Part shown: piece by piece, positions 7,283-14,843 of the stretch
How positions within the stretch are numbered: the first letter of the stretch is position 1
How the letters are laid out: every line of letters begins with the position of its first letter
NCBI GenBank assembly: GCA_003104905.1
Contig: PQAS01000001.1
Location: 108,230-132,229 of the forward strand
Direction of reading: 5' to 3'
DNA length: 24,000 nucleotides
Source: Candidatus Methanoperedenaceae archaeon
Lineage (GTDB): Archaea; Halobacteriota; Methanosarcinia; Methanosarcinales; Methanoperedenaceae
Notes under the pieces: generated by a model
Databases searched by the model: none
What the model saw: only the letters and a program-made list of their open reading frames with translations
What the model was told of the DNA's origin: nothing
Translations under genes and position numbers: made by a program

Positions 7283-9646
7283 TCACTCATTTTTTGGTCT
7301 TGATTTTACTGCCATTATGAGGATTATTCCGATTGCAAAAAGTACTATTCCAATCCATGCGAAATTCACAGCAGGTATTATTTTCAGGGATAGAGGAACA
7401 GTCCCGCCGCCAAGACCCTGGAATATAACATATACATCAGTTCCTGTTATGCTGCTGTCCACAAGCGGGAATGTTCCGCTTCCACTCTCTGAATTAAGGT
7501 ATTCTGCGATTCCACTTCCGATTTTTTTATTATCCTGATATATCTCAAGCTGGACACTCTGTACCTGGTATTTGCCTGCAGAAGCTGTCCCCTGGGTTAT
7601 TTGTTCCGGAGTTGAGAATAGAATAAGAGGGAAAGTCGTACCTGTAGAGTTGCTCTTGAAATTTGTCATCAGGAAACCGTCTATTGTAAGTTCCATCCCT
7701 TCCCGGTAATTCAAGGGTTCATTCGCCTGTGCAGCGACCCATAGGCTTTCTGTTCCATCATCCATCAGGATATAGGTTGTATAAGTACCAGGGGCAGATT
7801 GGACAATTGATATATTTGCTACTTTGCCGCTGATTTTTACACCATTAGTAAAATAATTATCCGGATTGCTAAATATTTCCGATATCCTTGCAACTCCTTC
7901 CGGAATATTCGCATTATCAGCAAGACTTCGGGTTGAAAAATCGATTAATTTTATTCCATAACCATTTCCAATATCTTCCAATTCTCCTTTCGATGAAAGC
8001 GGTATATTGACGGTTTGCATGGTATGAGTAAAATTTGAGCTTATGATAGCGCCGAATAAAATAAATAGTGCCCCAAAATGCACGATCGCTATGCCTATAC
8101 CTTTTATCTTGGGTCTTATGCTTTTGATCTGAAGGTAACCCGTGAGACGTTGTATAATAGACCATGTTGCATATATCATGGATGGAAAAATTGATATTAC
8201 CGAAACATTCCCGATCAATTTATAAAGGGTAGGCTCCCTCACCCAGAAGGGACTGGTATGATCAAGTACATAAAAATTCTCTGTCCTGAGGAACATTGTA
8301 ATTATTGACAGGCCAATTACTATGAACAATGTTTTTTTCTGCTCTTCCTTTTTTGTCTCATTGTAGTTTAAGCAGAATCCAAGGGCTAGCAGTAAGATTA
8401 TTGTAAAAGGATAGCTCCATATATTGAAGAAATTCTTTGTATCGGATGCTACACCTACTTTTAGTCCCTGTGTAAGCTGGATAAATGCGGGGAAGGAAAT
8501 ACCCCAGAATGAGATGAATGCCAGTACCACGAATAATAGCAATGTAACGTAGAAGACATTGGTCTTATTCCAGAATCCACGGTCTTCCTCCACTTTATCC
8601 GGCTCCTCAAAGTAACGCCGCAAGCCCAGTACCAGGGAAACGATGAATGTAACTACTATAAATATTATGAGAAGGGTTCCCGTGGAAGCATCCCCGAAAG
8701 CATGAACTGAATTAAAAAGCCCGCTTCGAACAACGATTGCAGCATACAATACAAGGATAAACGAAACCGCGGCAAGTATGGGAGCTGCTATTGAAAATGT
8801 TTTTTTATCCTTTCTGTAAAGAGCTGTCGCATGCATGAAACCTGTAAGTGTAAGCCATGGGATAAAAGAAGCCGTCTCAACCGGGTCCCATGCCCAGAAT
8901 CCGCCCCAGCCCAGTACAAGGTATGCCCAGACGCCGCCTACCGCTATTCCCATTCCCAGGATCAACCAGGTAAAACGCGTCCACTGCCTGCCGAGTTCTT
9001 CCCATCCATCTTCTTTAGTAAGCAGGTAAACGATAGCTGCGGCAAACGGTATAGTCATTGTCGCATAGCCAATGAACATGAAAGGCGGATGCACGATCAT
9101 CCAGAAATTAACAAGCAATGCATTAAGGCCATTCCCCTCAAGCGGCACAAAATCAGTCGTCAAGGTTCCTTTTGCGATCAAATCAACGACTTCAGGTCGC
9201 TCGATTATGAGTTTAAATGGAGTCTGCACGAGAGTAAGTATTATCAAATATATTCCTGTAATAAGAGTTATAATCTGAGTTCTTCTTGCAAGCATGGAAT
9301 TATGCTTTGTACTCAATGCAAGCCATGCCGCTGAGAGGAATACTACCCACACCCAGAGGAGGTATGTACCTGGCTGTCCTGCCCAGGTGCCGGATAATTT
9401 ATAAACAAGAGGAAGATCGGCACTTGAGTATTGCCAGACATAATCATAAGCAAAGTTGCCTGTTACGAAATAATATGTAAGGAGAAGATAGGAAAATGTA
9501 AGAAATCCTGCCACCAGCAATATTGCAGGTGTCACAAATTGATTCAAAACCTCGATGTTTTTCAGATCTTTCAACAGTAATCCAACAAGGGCAATAACGC
9601 TAACTGCCAAACTTGCATAAAGTAATATATCACCTAATGGTATCAT
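7283..9646 (-). CDS. ccmF: Cytochrome c-type biogenesis protein CcmF (System I heme lyase / heme handling protein), with an enlarged C-terminal extracytoplasmic domain
   Basis: The tryptophan-rich WWD motif LGWGGFWAWDPVETASFIPW is encoded at ~8879-8911, with a flanking His (FMHA). The CcmF signature VHPPFMFIGYATMTIPFA corresponds to E. coli IHPPLLYLGYVG. The protein is multi-TM throughout. The C-terminal GTDVYVIFQ..NFAWIGIVLFAIG resembles the CcmF C-terminus. The ATG lies 1 nt after the upstream Trx stop, and AAGGAG lies 8 nt upstream. Confidence 0.9.
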   Translation of the reverse strand: MIPLGDILLYASLAVSVIALVGLLLKDLKNIEVLNQFVTPAILLVAGFLTFSYLLLTYYFVTGNFAYDYVWQYSSADLPLVYKLSGTWAGQPGTYLLWVWVVFLSAAWLALSTKHNSMLARRTQIITLITGIYLIILTLVQTPFKLIIERPEVVDLIAKGTLTTDFVPLEGNGLNALLVNFWMIVHPPFMFIGYATMTIPFAAAIVYLLTKEDGWEELGRQWTRFTWLILGMGIAVGGVWAYLVLGWGGFWAWDPVETASFIPWLTLTGFMHATALYRKDKKTFSIAAPILAAVSFILVLYAAIVVRSGLFNSVHAFGDASTGTLLIIFIVVTFIVSLVLGLRRYFEEPDKVEEDRGFWNKTNVFYVTLLLFVVLAFISFWGISFPAFIQLTQGLKVGVASDTKNFFNIWSYPFTIILLLALGFCLNYNETKKEEQKKTLFIVIGLSIITMFLRTENFYVLDHTSPFWVREPTLYKLIGNVSVISIFPSMIYATWSIIQRLTGYLQIKSIRPKIKGIGIAIVHFGALFILFGAIISSNFTHTMQTVNIPLSSKGELEDIGNGYGIKLIDFSTRSLADNANIPEGVARISEIFSNPDNYFTNGVKISGKVANISIVQSAPGTYTTYILMDDGTESLWVAAQANEPLNYREGMELTIDGFLMTNFKSNSTGTTFPLILFSTPEQITQGTASAGKYQVQSVQLEIYQDNKKIGSGIAEYLNSESGSGTFPLVDSSITGTDVYVIFQGLGGGTVPLSLKIIPAVNFAWIGIVLFAIGIILIMAVKSRPKNE

Positions 9647-9647
9647 A

Positions 9648-10130
9648 TTATTTTCTCCTTACATCATCTCTTATTTTTGTAACAATAGGAAGCAGATAAT
9701 CCGCGTCAACCGCACCCGGTACGCGTTCCTTTATATTTCCTTTCGGGTCCATGATAACCAGATATGGGGGATAGCTTACCCCATATTGCTGGGCGACATC
9801 CCTGTCGATATCAAGGTCCATCGCTACCAGGACATAGTCTTCCTCCAGGATTTTCTTGACCTGGGGATTTCCCAGCGTATCTGTCTGGAATCTTGCACAA
9901 TACTGGCACCATATTGCCCAGAAATACATCAGGACAGGCTTATTTTCCTGTTGTGCTATCTGGAAACTTTCCTCAAGTCCGGCTGCTGAGCGGTGAAATT
10001 TGATTCCCCCGAGATAACTGTTGTTCTTATCGCTCAAAGTAAAATTGCTGAGTGCGGTCTTATAACTGAAATAAGCAAAAGACAAAATTAATACCAGCAC
10101 AAGTATGGATATCAGTTTTTTCGTTCTCAT
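9648..10130 (-). CDS. Membrane-anchored thioredoxin-fold protein (CcmG/ResA/DsbD-gamma-like), CXXC = WCQYC
   Basis: An N-terminal TM anchor after a basic N-terminus (MRTKKLISILVLVLILSF) predicts an extracytoplasmic domain. The Trx motif is PVLMYFWAIWCQYCARF, and a cis-Pro-type region follows (YPPYLVIMDPKG). Confidence 0.8.
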   Translation of the reverse strand: MRTKKLISILVLVLILSFAYFSYKTALSNFTLSDKNNSYLGGIKFHRSAAGLEESFQIAQQENKPVLMYFWAIWCQYCARFQTDTLGNPQVKKILEEDYVLVAMDLDIDRDVAQQYGVSYPPYLVIMDPKGNIKERVPGAVDADYLLPIVTKIRDDVRRK

Positions 10131-10223
10131 ATGTATTTTCCTAATGTTTTGAATCGAATATAAGCATATATGTTTTTATTCAGTGTTTTCCTCTTATTAT
10201 TTTTTTTCAAATTATTTCCTCAT

Positions 10224-11645
10224 TCAAATTATAGGCAATGTTAAAATATTGAACCCGATAGCAAAATAAACGACAGCCATACATCCGATCGCTATCATAT
10301 TCTGCTGGAATTCGTTTTCCTCCTGTGAATTTCTCCTGCTGATCAGATAACCTGCCCATAAAGTACCGATAAAACCTGCCGACAGCAATAGTAACTGCAT
10401 TAGATTGATGGCATCAAAATCCGGTGAGAACTCCCATATCCTTCCGAATAAATTTCCAATGCTTTCCACAATGAAAAATAATCCTTTCAACAGGCGGAAC
10501 GTGTTTTCAGCAAGATAAACGGACAGGCCGAGAGGTATGAATGCATAAGACAATTCAATAAACTTCTGTTTTGTGTTTCTTCCTGAAAAAACCGCTTTTG
10601 TTAAAATATACATCAATCCTGCGGCGCCAAGAGTTATTAGTGTGAATATTATAAGAGCCCACATATTTCTCCAGTACAGGTCAAGGAAAACGAGTGAATC
10701 GACCGGAAGAGTTGATTTGACAAAATTGATGATTACGTTCCTGAATTGCAGTCGTTCCATTCCCATAACGAATAAGAAAATAATGAGTAACCCGTGGATA
10801 AAATAAGCTTCATCAAGATGCACTTTTTTCGAGTGGATGATATCCGTTCCGGGAATTCTGGGACTTATCCTGATGTTCCCTTTTGAGCATGATTTTACAC
10901 ATTCCATACACATGATACACTGGTTATTTCTCTCCATCGTCTGGGGAAACTCTCCCACAGGGCAAGCTTTTCCGGAACCGCTTCCTATTACGCATTCTTT
11001 GATGTCATGATCATGGCATGTTTTCTTTGATTTGCATCGAAGTTCAATTGCCGATAACATCGAGAAAACGCCCAGAACAAGTCCAATGGGGCAAATATAA
11101 CGGCAAAAGCTTCTTTTTTCATAAACAGCACCCATTATTATTGCAAGCACTGTGAAAACAAGAAGCAAATATGCGGTATTCGGAGGATTTCTTGTGAACT
11201 GGAAGAGGTGCCGTTCGCCTGCGAAAATTACCAGGAAAAGTATTACAGCTATCCAGAAATTGCGGTATTTTTCAGGATATTTCCTGTTGAGGCTGAAAAT
11301 GGACTGAGTCCATTCCCCAACCGCTCCGATAGGACAGGCAAAGCACCAGAGCCTTCCAACGATTATTACAGTGAAGGCAAGCAATGGATGCCAGAGATCC
11401 CATATCATGGTCGTGGCAAACGGGATTCCCCCATGAAATCTCAGGTCGGGTTCACTTGAAAGACCGAAGTAAATTACAACGAGGAGAAAAATAAATAATA
11501 AGAAATTTATAATGGGCTTAAAATATCTATTCTTTACAAGATTCTTGAAAAAATAGATATCAAGCAGGTCATATTTCCCGTCCTTCCCATTATCGCCAGA
11601 GGTTGCACTATTTGCCTTATCTTTCATATCGATTTTAGTTCCCAT
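10224..11645 (-). CDS. Integral-membrane 4Fe-4S protein (NapH / MauN / CcoG-like polyferredoxin family), atypical architecture
   Basis: Two membrane-edge CX3CP motifs are present (CFACPIG and CRYICPIG). There is a ferredoxin-type CIMCMECVKSC (CX2CX2CX3C) plus an upstream Cys-rich stretch, CKSKKTCHDHDIKECVIGSGSGKACP. Several TM helices precede the FeS region and about 5-6 more follow it. Confidence 0.8.
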   Translation of the reverse strand: MGTKIDMKDKANSATSGDNGKDGKYDLLDIYFFKNLVKNRYFKPIINFLLFIFLLVVIYFGLSSEPDLRFHGGIPFATTMIWDLWHPLLAFTVIIVGRLWCFACPIGAVGEWTQSIFSLNRKYPEKYRNFWIAVILFLVIFAGERHLFQFTRNPPNTAYLLLVFTVLAIIMGAVYEKRSFCRYICPIGLVLGVFSMLSAIELRCKSKKTCHDHDIKECVIGSGSGKACPVGEFPQTMERNNQCIMCMECVKSCSKGNIRISPRIPGTDIIHSKKVHLDEAYFIHGLLIIFLFVMGMERLQFRNVIINFVKSTLPVDSLVFLDLYWRNMWALIIFTLITLGAAGLMYILTKAVFSGRNTKQKFIELSYAFIPLGLSVYLAENTFRLLKGLFFIVESIGNLFGRIWEFSPDFDAINLMQLLLLSAGFIGTLWAGYLISRRNSQEENEFQQNMIAIGCMAVVYFAIGFNILTLPII

Positions 11646-11647
11646 AA

Positions 11648-12412
11648 TTATCCAAAAAATTGTTCATAAAGCCTTGAAATTTCAGTATCTGCATTTACTG
11701 AATAAGGAAGGAAAATCAGCTTCAGATATTTGTCTATATCAAAGAGCATCATCAATCCCACAAGGACCAGTATCAGACCTGAGAGTTTCTTAAAGAAATG
11801 GCTTCTTTTTGAAAACCATTTGACACGGCCTGATACGCTTTTGCCCGAGTATGCTATGATAAGCATCGGAAGACTTACGCCCAGGGAATATGTCAAAAGA
11901 AGGGTCAAACCATAGTAGGTATCTCCCGATCCTGCCGAACTTTCAGCAACGACCGAGAATACAGAACCCAATATCGGACCAACACATGGTATCCAGAGAA
12001 TTCCAAGCGACGTGCCAAGGAAGAACCCGCCAAAAAGGCCTTCCGGATTTGCTTTTGAAGTAATTTTTCCTATAAATGAAAAATGTTCACGCAATGAATT
12101 AATTATCGAACTTGAAATCCTTACATAGATCTCATTAATATCGTCATCAAGCAGCACTGCGCCCATTCCGATTATTATGAATATTGAGAACCATCGCAGA
12201 TAATCCGTAAGAAAACCAAATGATGCAACTGAAAAAACAAGAAGCCCCATAAGGGTGAAACTGAAGCTCATTCCCGTTACTATGGCAATGGGGCGAAGCC
12301 TGCTCCCCACAGAACCTGACAGAACTGCAGGCAGGATAGGCAAAACGCAGGGAGTAGCGACTGTTGCCATTCCTGCAAGGAACACCAGTAACATGGGGGG
12401 GGCTGCTGACAT
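11648..12412 (-). CDS. ccdA: Cytochrome c biogenesis thiol-disulfide transporter CcdA (DsbD-beta family)
   Basis: Both conserved membrane-embedded cysteines sit in their usual context, ATPCVLPILPAVL and WIPCVGPILGSV. The protein has about 6 TM helices. The ATG is 1 nt after the upstream stop, and its own stop is 2 nt before the next start. Confidence 0.9.
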   Translation of the reverse strand: MSAAPPMLLVFLAGMATVATPCVLPILPAVLSGSVGSRLRPIAIVTGMSFSFTLMGLLVFSVASFGFLTDYLRWFSIFIIIGMGAVLLDDDINEIYVRISSSIINSLREHFSFIGKITSKANPEGLFGGFFLGTSLGILWIPCVGPILGSVFSVVAESSAGSGDTYYGLTLLLTYSLGVSLPMLIIAYSGKSVSGRVKWFSKRSHFFKKLSGLILVLVGLMMLFDIDKYLKLIFLPYSVNADTEISRLYEQFFG

Positions 12413-12413
12413 T

Positions 12414-13682
12414 TTATGTTATTGCTACCGCATCTATATTATCATTTTCGGCCATTACAGATGCATAGTCTCCCGTTGTTTTGATAATGAGAATATTCCC
12501 TTTTGTCTCAGGATTATACTTACTGAAACCTGCGGGAATAGACTTAGTATCAGTTACACTGAATGCCCTGACAAGTTGTATTTTTCCTCCTGCCGGGGTC
12601 AGACTCATGTAATTAATGTCCGAGAATTTGTTCTTTGTGTTTATTACAAGTGCATACGCAGCATTCTGGTAATCAACTGCATCAAGCAGAGGTTTGAATG
12701 CAGGATACGATGTATTCATGCTGTTCGGGTCAGTTATTAATTTCAAAACGTTATCCGCATTCTGGCTATGTCCGTAAACAAGCGGCCGTGTAAATACGAT
12801 ATTTTTCATTCCAGGTTCTGTCCTTCCTTTTAATGACGCATCATTTTTGCTGTCATAACCCAGGTCATGAAGTTCGATCCAGGAATTCGTGCTGTAATCC
12901 GCACTGAACATGCCGATTATTTTCTTTCCATAGAAACCATCCGGCTGCACTTGCTTCCCTAATAATTGGCTCTCCAGTTCTGTTCCAGCGATCAATTTTG
13001 TATTAATAAAGTATGCGCGGTTGATGCCGGACTGTATTAGTTTCAGGCCATCTGCAATGGACTTGAAATTCTCAGGCAGGGAGAGAGTTGATAAATCAAC
13101 AGATGGAGCAGGTGTGGCAGCGGATAATCCAGTTGTTGGAATTCCTGCCGGGAAGTAGCTCTGGGCTTTTGAGGCTATCCCGACACATACATCACAGAAA
13201 GAAGCATGGTCATCATAGACTCCATCATTGGAAATGAAGCAATCTCTTACGGACATATGAGGTTTCCCCCCGGATGTTACACTTCCATGCTGGCCGCAGC
13301 CGCAGTAACAGGGCAGCTGTTCAAGTACTTCAGGATGCTCGGTCGCAAATTTATATGCTTTCAATGTCATCGAGTTAGTAACGGCAAAATCCGGAAGCTT
13401 ATCGGCCTTTCTCGGGATAAGTATCGGGAGATAATTATCTTTCACAGGAGGCGTATTTGTTCCCGGAGCTTTATTTCCGTATTCTTTGTCGATCAATGCC
13501 CTTACTTCCTTAAGCGTCATTGTCGTTTTCGGTTCGGTTGTCTGCGATCCACCTGAAAATAAAGCGTATATTCCTATGAGAATAACTGCAGCGACTGCAA
13601 TTATTATCAAGTTATTATTTCCTTTCTTTTTAGGCATCTTTTTGCTTTTCTTTTCAGTATTTTGTTGCTTTTCAGGCTTCAT
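12414..13682 (-). CDS. Membrane-anchored PCYCGC-domain protein fused to a ~230-aa C-terminal domain of unknown function
   Basis: A Lys-rich N-terminus plus one TM (LIIIAVAAVILIGIYALF) predicts an N-in, C-out topology. An exact PCYCGC motif is encoded at 13296-13313, followed by H..C and FCDVC, consistent with the Pfam PCYCGC family. I could not assign the C-terminal ~230 aa (nt ~12417-13100). GAGG lies 7 nt upstream of the ATG. Confidence 0.8.
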   Translation of the reverse strand: MKPEKQQNTEKKSKKMPKKKGNNNLIIIAVAAVILIGIYALFSGGSQTTEPKTTMTLKEVRALIDKEYGNKAPGTNTPPVKDNYLPILIPRKADKLPDFAVTNSMTLKAYKFATEHPEVLEQLPCYCGCGQHGSVTSGGKPHMSVRDCFISNDGVYDDHASFCDVCVGIASKAQSYFPAGIPTTGLSAATPAPSVDLSTLSLPENFKSIADGLKLIQSGINRAYFINTKLIAGTELESQLLGKQVQPDGFYGKKIIGMFSADYSTNSWIELHDLGYDSKNDASLKGRTEPGMKNIVFTRPLVYGHSQNADNVLKLITDPNSMNTSYPAFKPLLDAVDYQNAAYALVINTKNKFSDINYMSLTPAGGKIQLVRAFSVTDTKSIPAGFSKYNPETKGNILIIKTTGDYASVMAENDNIDAVAIT

Positions 13683-13733
13683 AATATGGCCTCATTTATT
13701 TTATATTATTATTTACTATATTATTTTTTCAAT

Positions 13734-14201
13734 TTATATTACGATCTTATTTATTTCATCGAGGAATGTCTGGTTGGTCCTGTATCCAAGTAACCTTTTT
13801 ATTTCGGTTCCATTTGGATCAAGGAATATTTCGGTAGGAGTGGCTCTTAATCTGAAATTTCTGGTTTCTGTTTTTTGCTCATCCACATCTATCGAGATCA
13901 ATATGAAATCCTTATTCAGCTTATCTATCACGCTTGAATTTGTGAAAGTCTCAGCTTCGAATTTTTTGCATGCGCCGCAATATTTCGACCTTGCATATAC
14001 GAACACCGGCTTTCCCTGTGATTTTGCATCAAGAAGTCCAGGCTCGACTTCCGTGAAAAAGGACAGGTTCTGAATGTTTATCTTATTAGCTCCAGGTACC
14101 TTTTCAACTGAAGTATTACCTGCTGTGCCGGTAGATTCTGCGTTCAAACATCCTGCGAACAGGACAAAGAGAACAATTGACAAGTATATCCATTTTTTCA
14201 A
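13734..14201 (-). CDS. Thioredoxin-fold (DsbD-gamma / Thioredoxin_7-like) putative lipoprotein, CXXC = CGAC
   Basis: The signal peptide ends in a lipobox-like LFAGC. The Trx motif is PVFVYARSKYCGACKKFE. The start codon at 14199-14201 is TTG, and an in-frame TAG two codons upstream leaves no ATG alternative, so the start is uncertain. Confidence 0.72.
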   Translation of the reverse strand: MKKWIYLSIVLFVLFAGCLNAESTGTAGNTSVEKVPGANKINIQNLSFFTEVEPGLLDAKSQGKPVFVYARSKYCGACKKFEAETFTNSSVIDKLNKDFILISIDVDEQKTETRNFRLRATPTEIFLDPNGTEIKRLLGYRTNQTFLDEINKIVI

Positions 14202-14231
14202 GTTCTATCCGATTTTACAATGAGTGTAAAG

Positions 14232-14239
14232 TTATATAA
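14232..14239. promoter_or_regulatory. Palindromic TATA-box candidate TTATATAA in a divergent intergenic region
   Basis: This is the only strong TATA-like element between the Trx-lipoprotein gene (-) and the dodecin gene (+). It ends 30 nt upstream of the TTG start at 14201, which implies a very short leader. Because it is palindromic it could serve either direction. Confidence 0.35.
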
Positions 14240-14306
14240 GGATTGTGGTAATCAATTTATCTCAGGCAGAGATTTATTATTCCCGTAAGACTAATTTGTG
14301 ATCAGT

Positions 14307-14516
14307 ATGCCTTTTGTTAAAATAATCGATACTGTGGGCTCATCGCCCGAAAGCTGGGAACAGGCTGCGAAAAACGCAATAGAAGATGCTTCGAGACTTC
14401 CTATATTCAAACAGAAGAGCAAAATTACCAAAGCCACTATTAAGGACTTTGATGTGAAAATTGAAGATAATAAGATAGTTTCCTATCTATGCAGGGTAGA
14501 AATGTTCCTTGAGTAA
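14307..14516 (+). CDS. Dodecin-like small protein
   Basis: This 69-aa protein follows the dodecin pattern: FVKIIDTVGSSPESWEQAAKNAIEDAS ... IVSYLCRVEMFLE. Compare H. salinarum [26 protein letters not shown] ... YQTEVQVAFEL. The track start at 14298 is GTG, and I prefer the ATG at 14307. Confidence 0.72.
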   Translation: MPFVKIIDTVGSSPESWEQAAKNAIEDASRLPIFKQKSKITKATIKDFDVKIEDNKIVSYLCRVEMFLE

Positions 14517-14518
14517 TA

Positions 14519-14824
14519 ATGACCGAAATAAGCGATGATGAACTGGAAGCAATGCTTGAGCGTAAACCAACCGTACGTGAAGCAAAGGTAGATGACCATG
14601 CCCTGATGGTCAAATCCCTCGAGCATCCCGTAAGGCGAAAGATGATAAAAACCATTGGTGTATTCGGGAAAACAAAGGATGAACTGAAAAAGGAACTTGG
14701 TATTGATGTTGGAATGTTCAATTTCCAGGCGGATTTCCTTATTAAAGGGAATTATCTTAAAGTAGAGGGAGATAATTTCAGGCTGACTGACAGGGGACTT
14801 GTCCTGTTATCCAATATCTCATAA
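14519..14824 (+). CDS. Small winged-helix (ArsR/MarR-like) DNA-binding protein
   Basis: A 101-aa protein with the pattern LEHPVRRKMIKTIGVFGKTKDELKKELGIDVGMFNFQADFLIKGNYLKVEG..FRLTDRG, which reads as helix, turn, recognition helix and wing. Its ATG is 2 nt after the dodecin stop. Confidence 0.62.
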   Translation: MTEISDDELEAMLERKPTVREAKVDDHALMVKSLEHPVRRKMIKTIGVFGKTKDELKKELGIDVGMFNFQADFLIKGNYLKVEGDNFRLTDRGLVLLSNIS

Positions 14825-14843
14825 GAGAATATCGCAAAATAAT

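Noticed and set aside
8831-9334. + strand ORFs (167, 64, 68 and 64 aa) inside ccmF
   Set aside because: They are antisense to a gene with unmistakable CcmF motifs. The peptides are Cys/His/Arg-rich nonsense typical of antisense frames.
13486-14073. A 195-aa + strand ORF bridging the PCYCGC and Trx-lipoprotein genes
   Set aside because: It runs antisense across two genes and their AT-rich spacer. Its hydrophobic look is a by-product of T-rich antisense codons.
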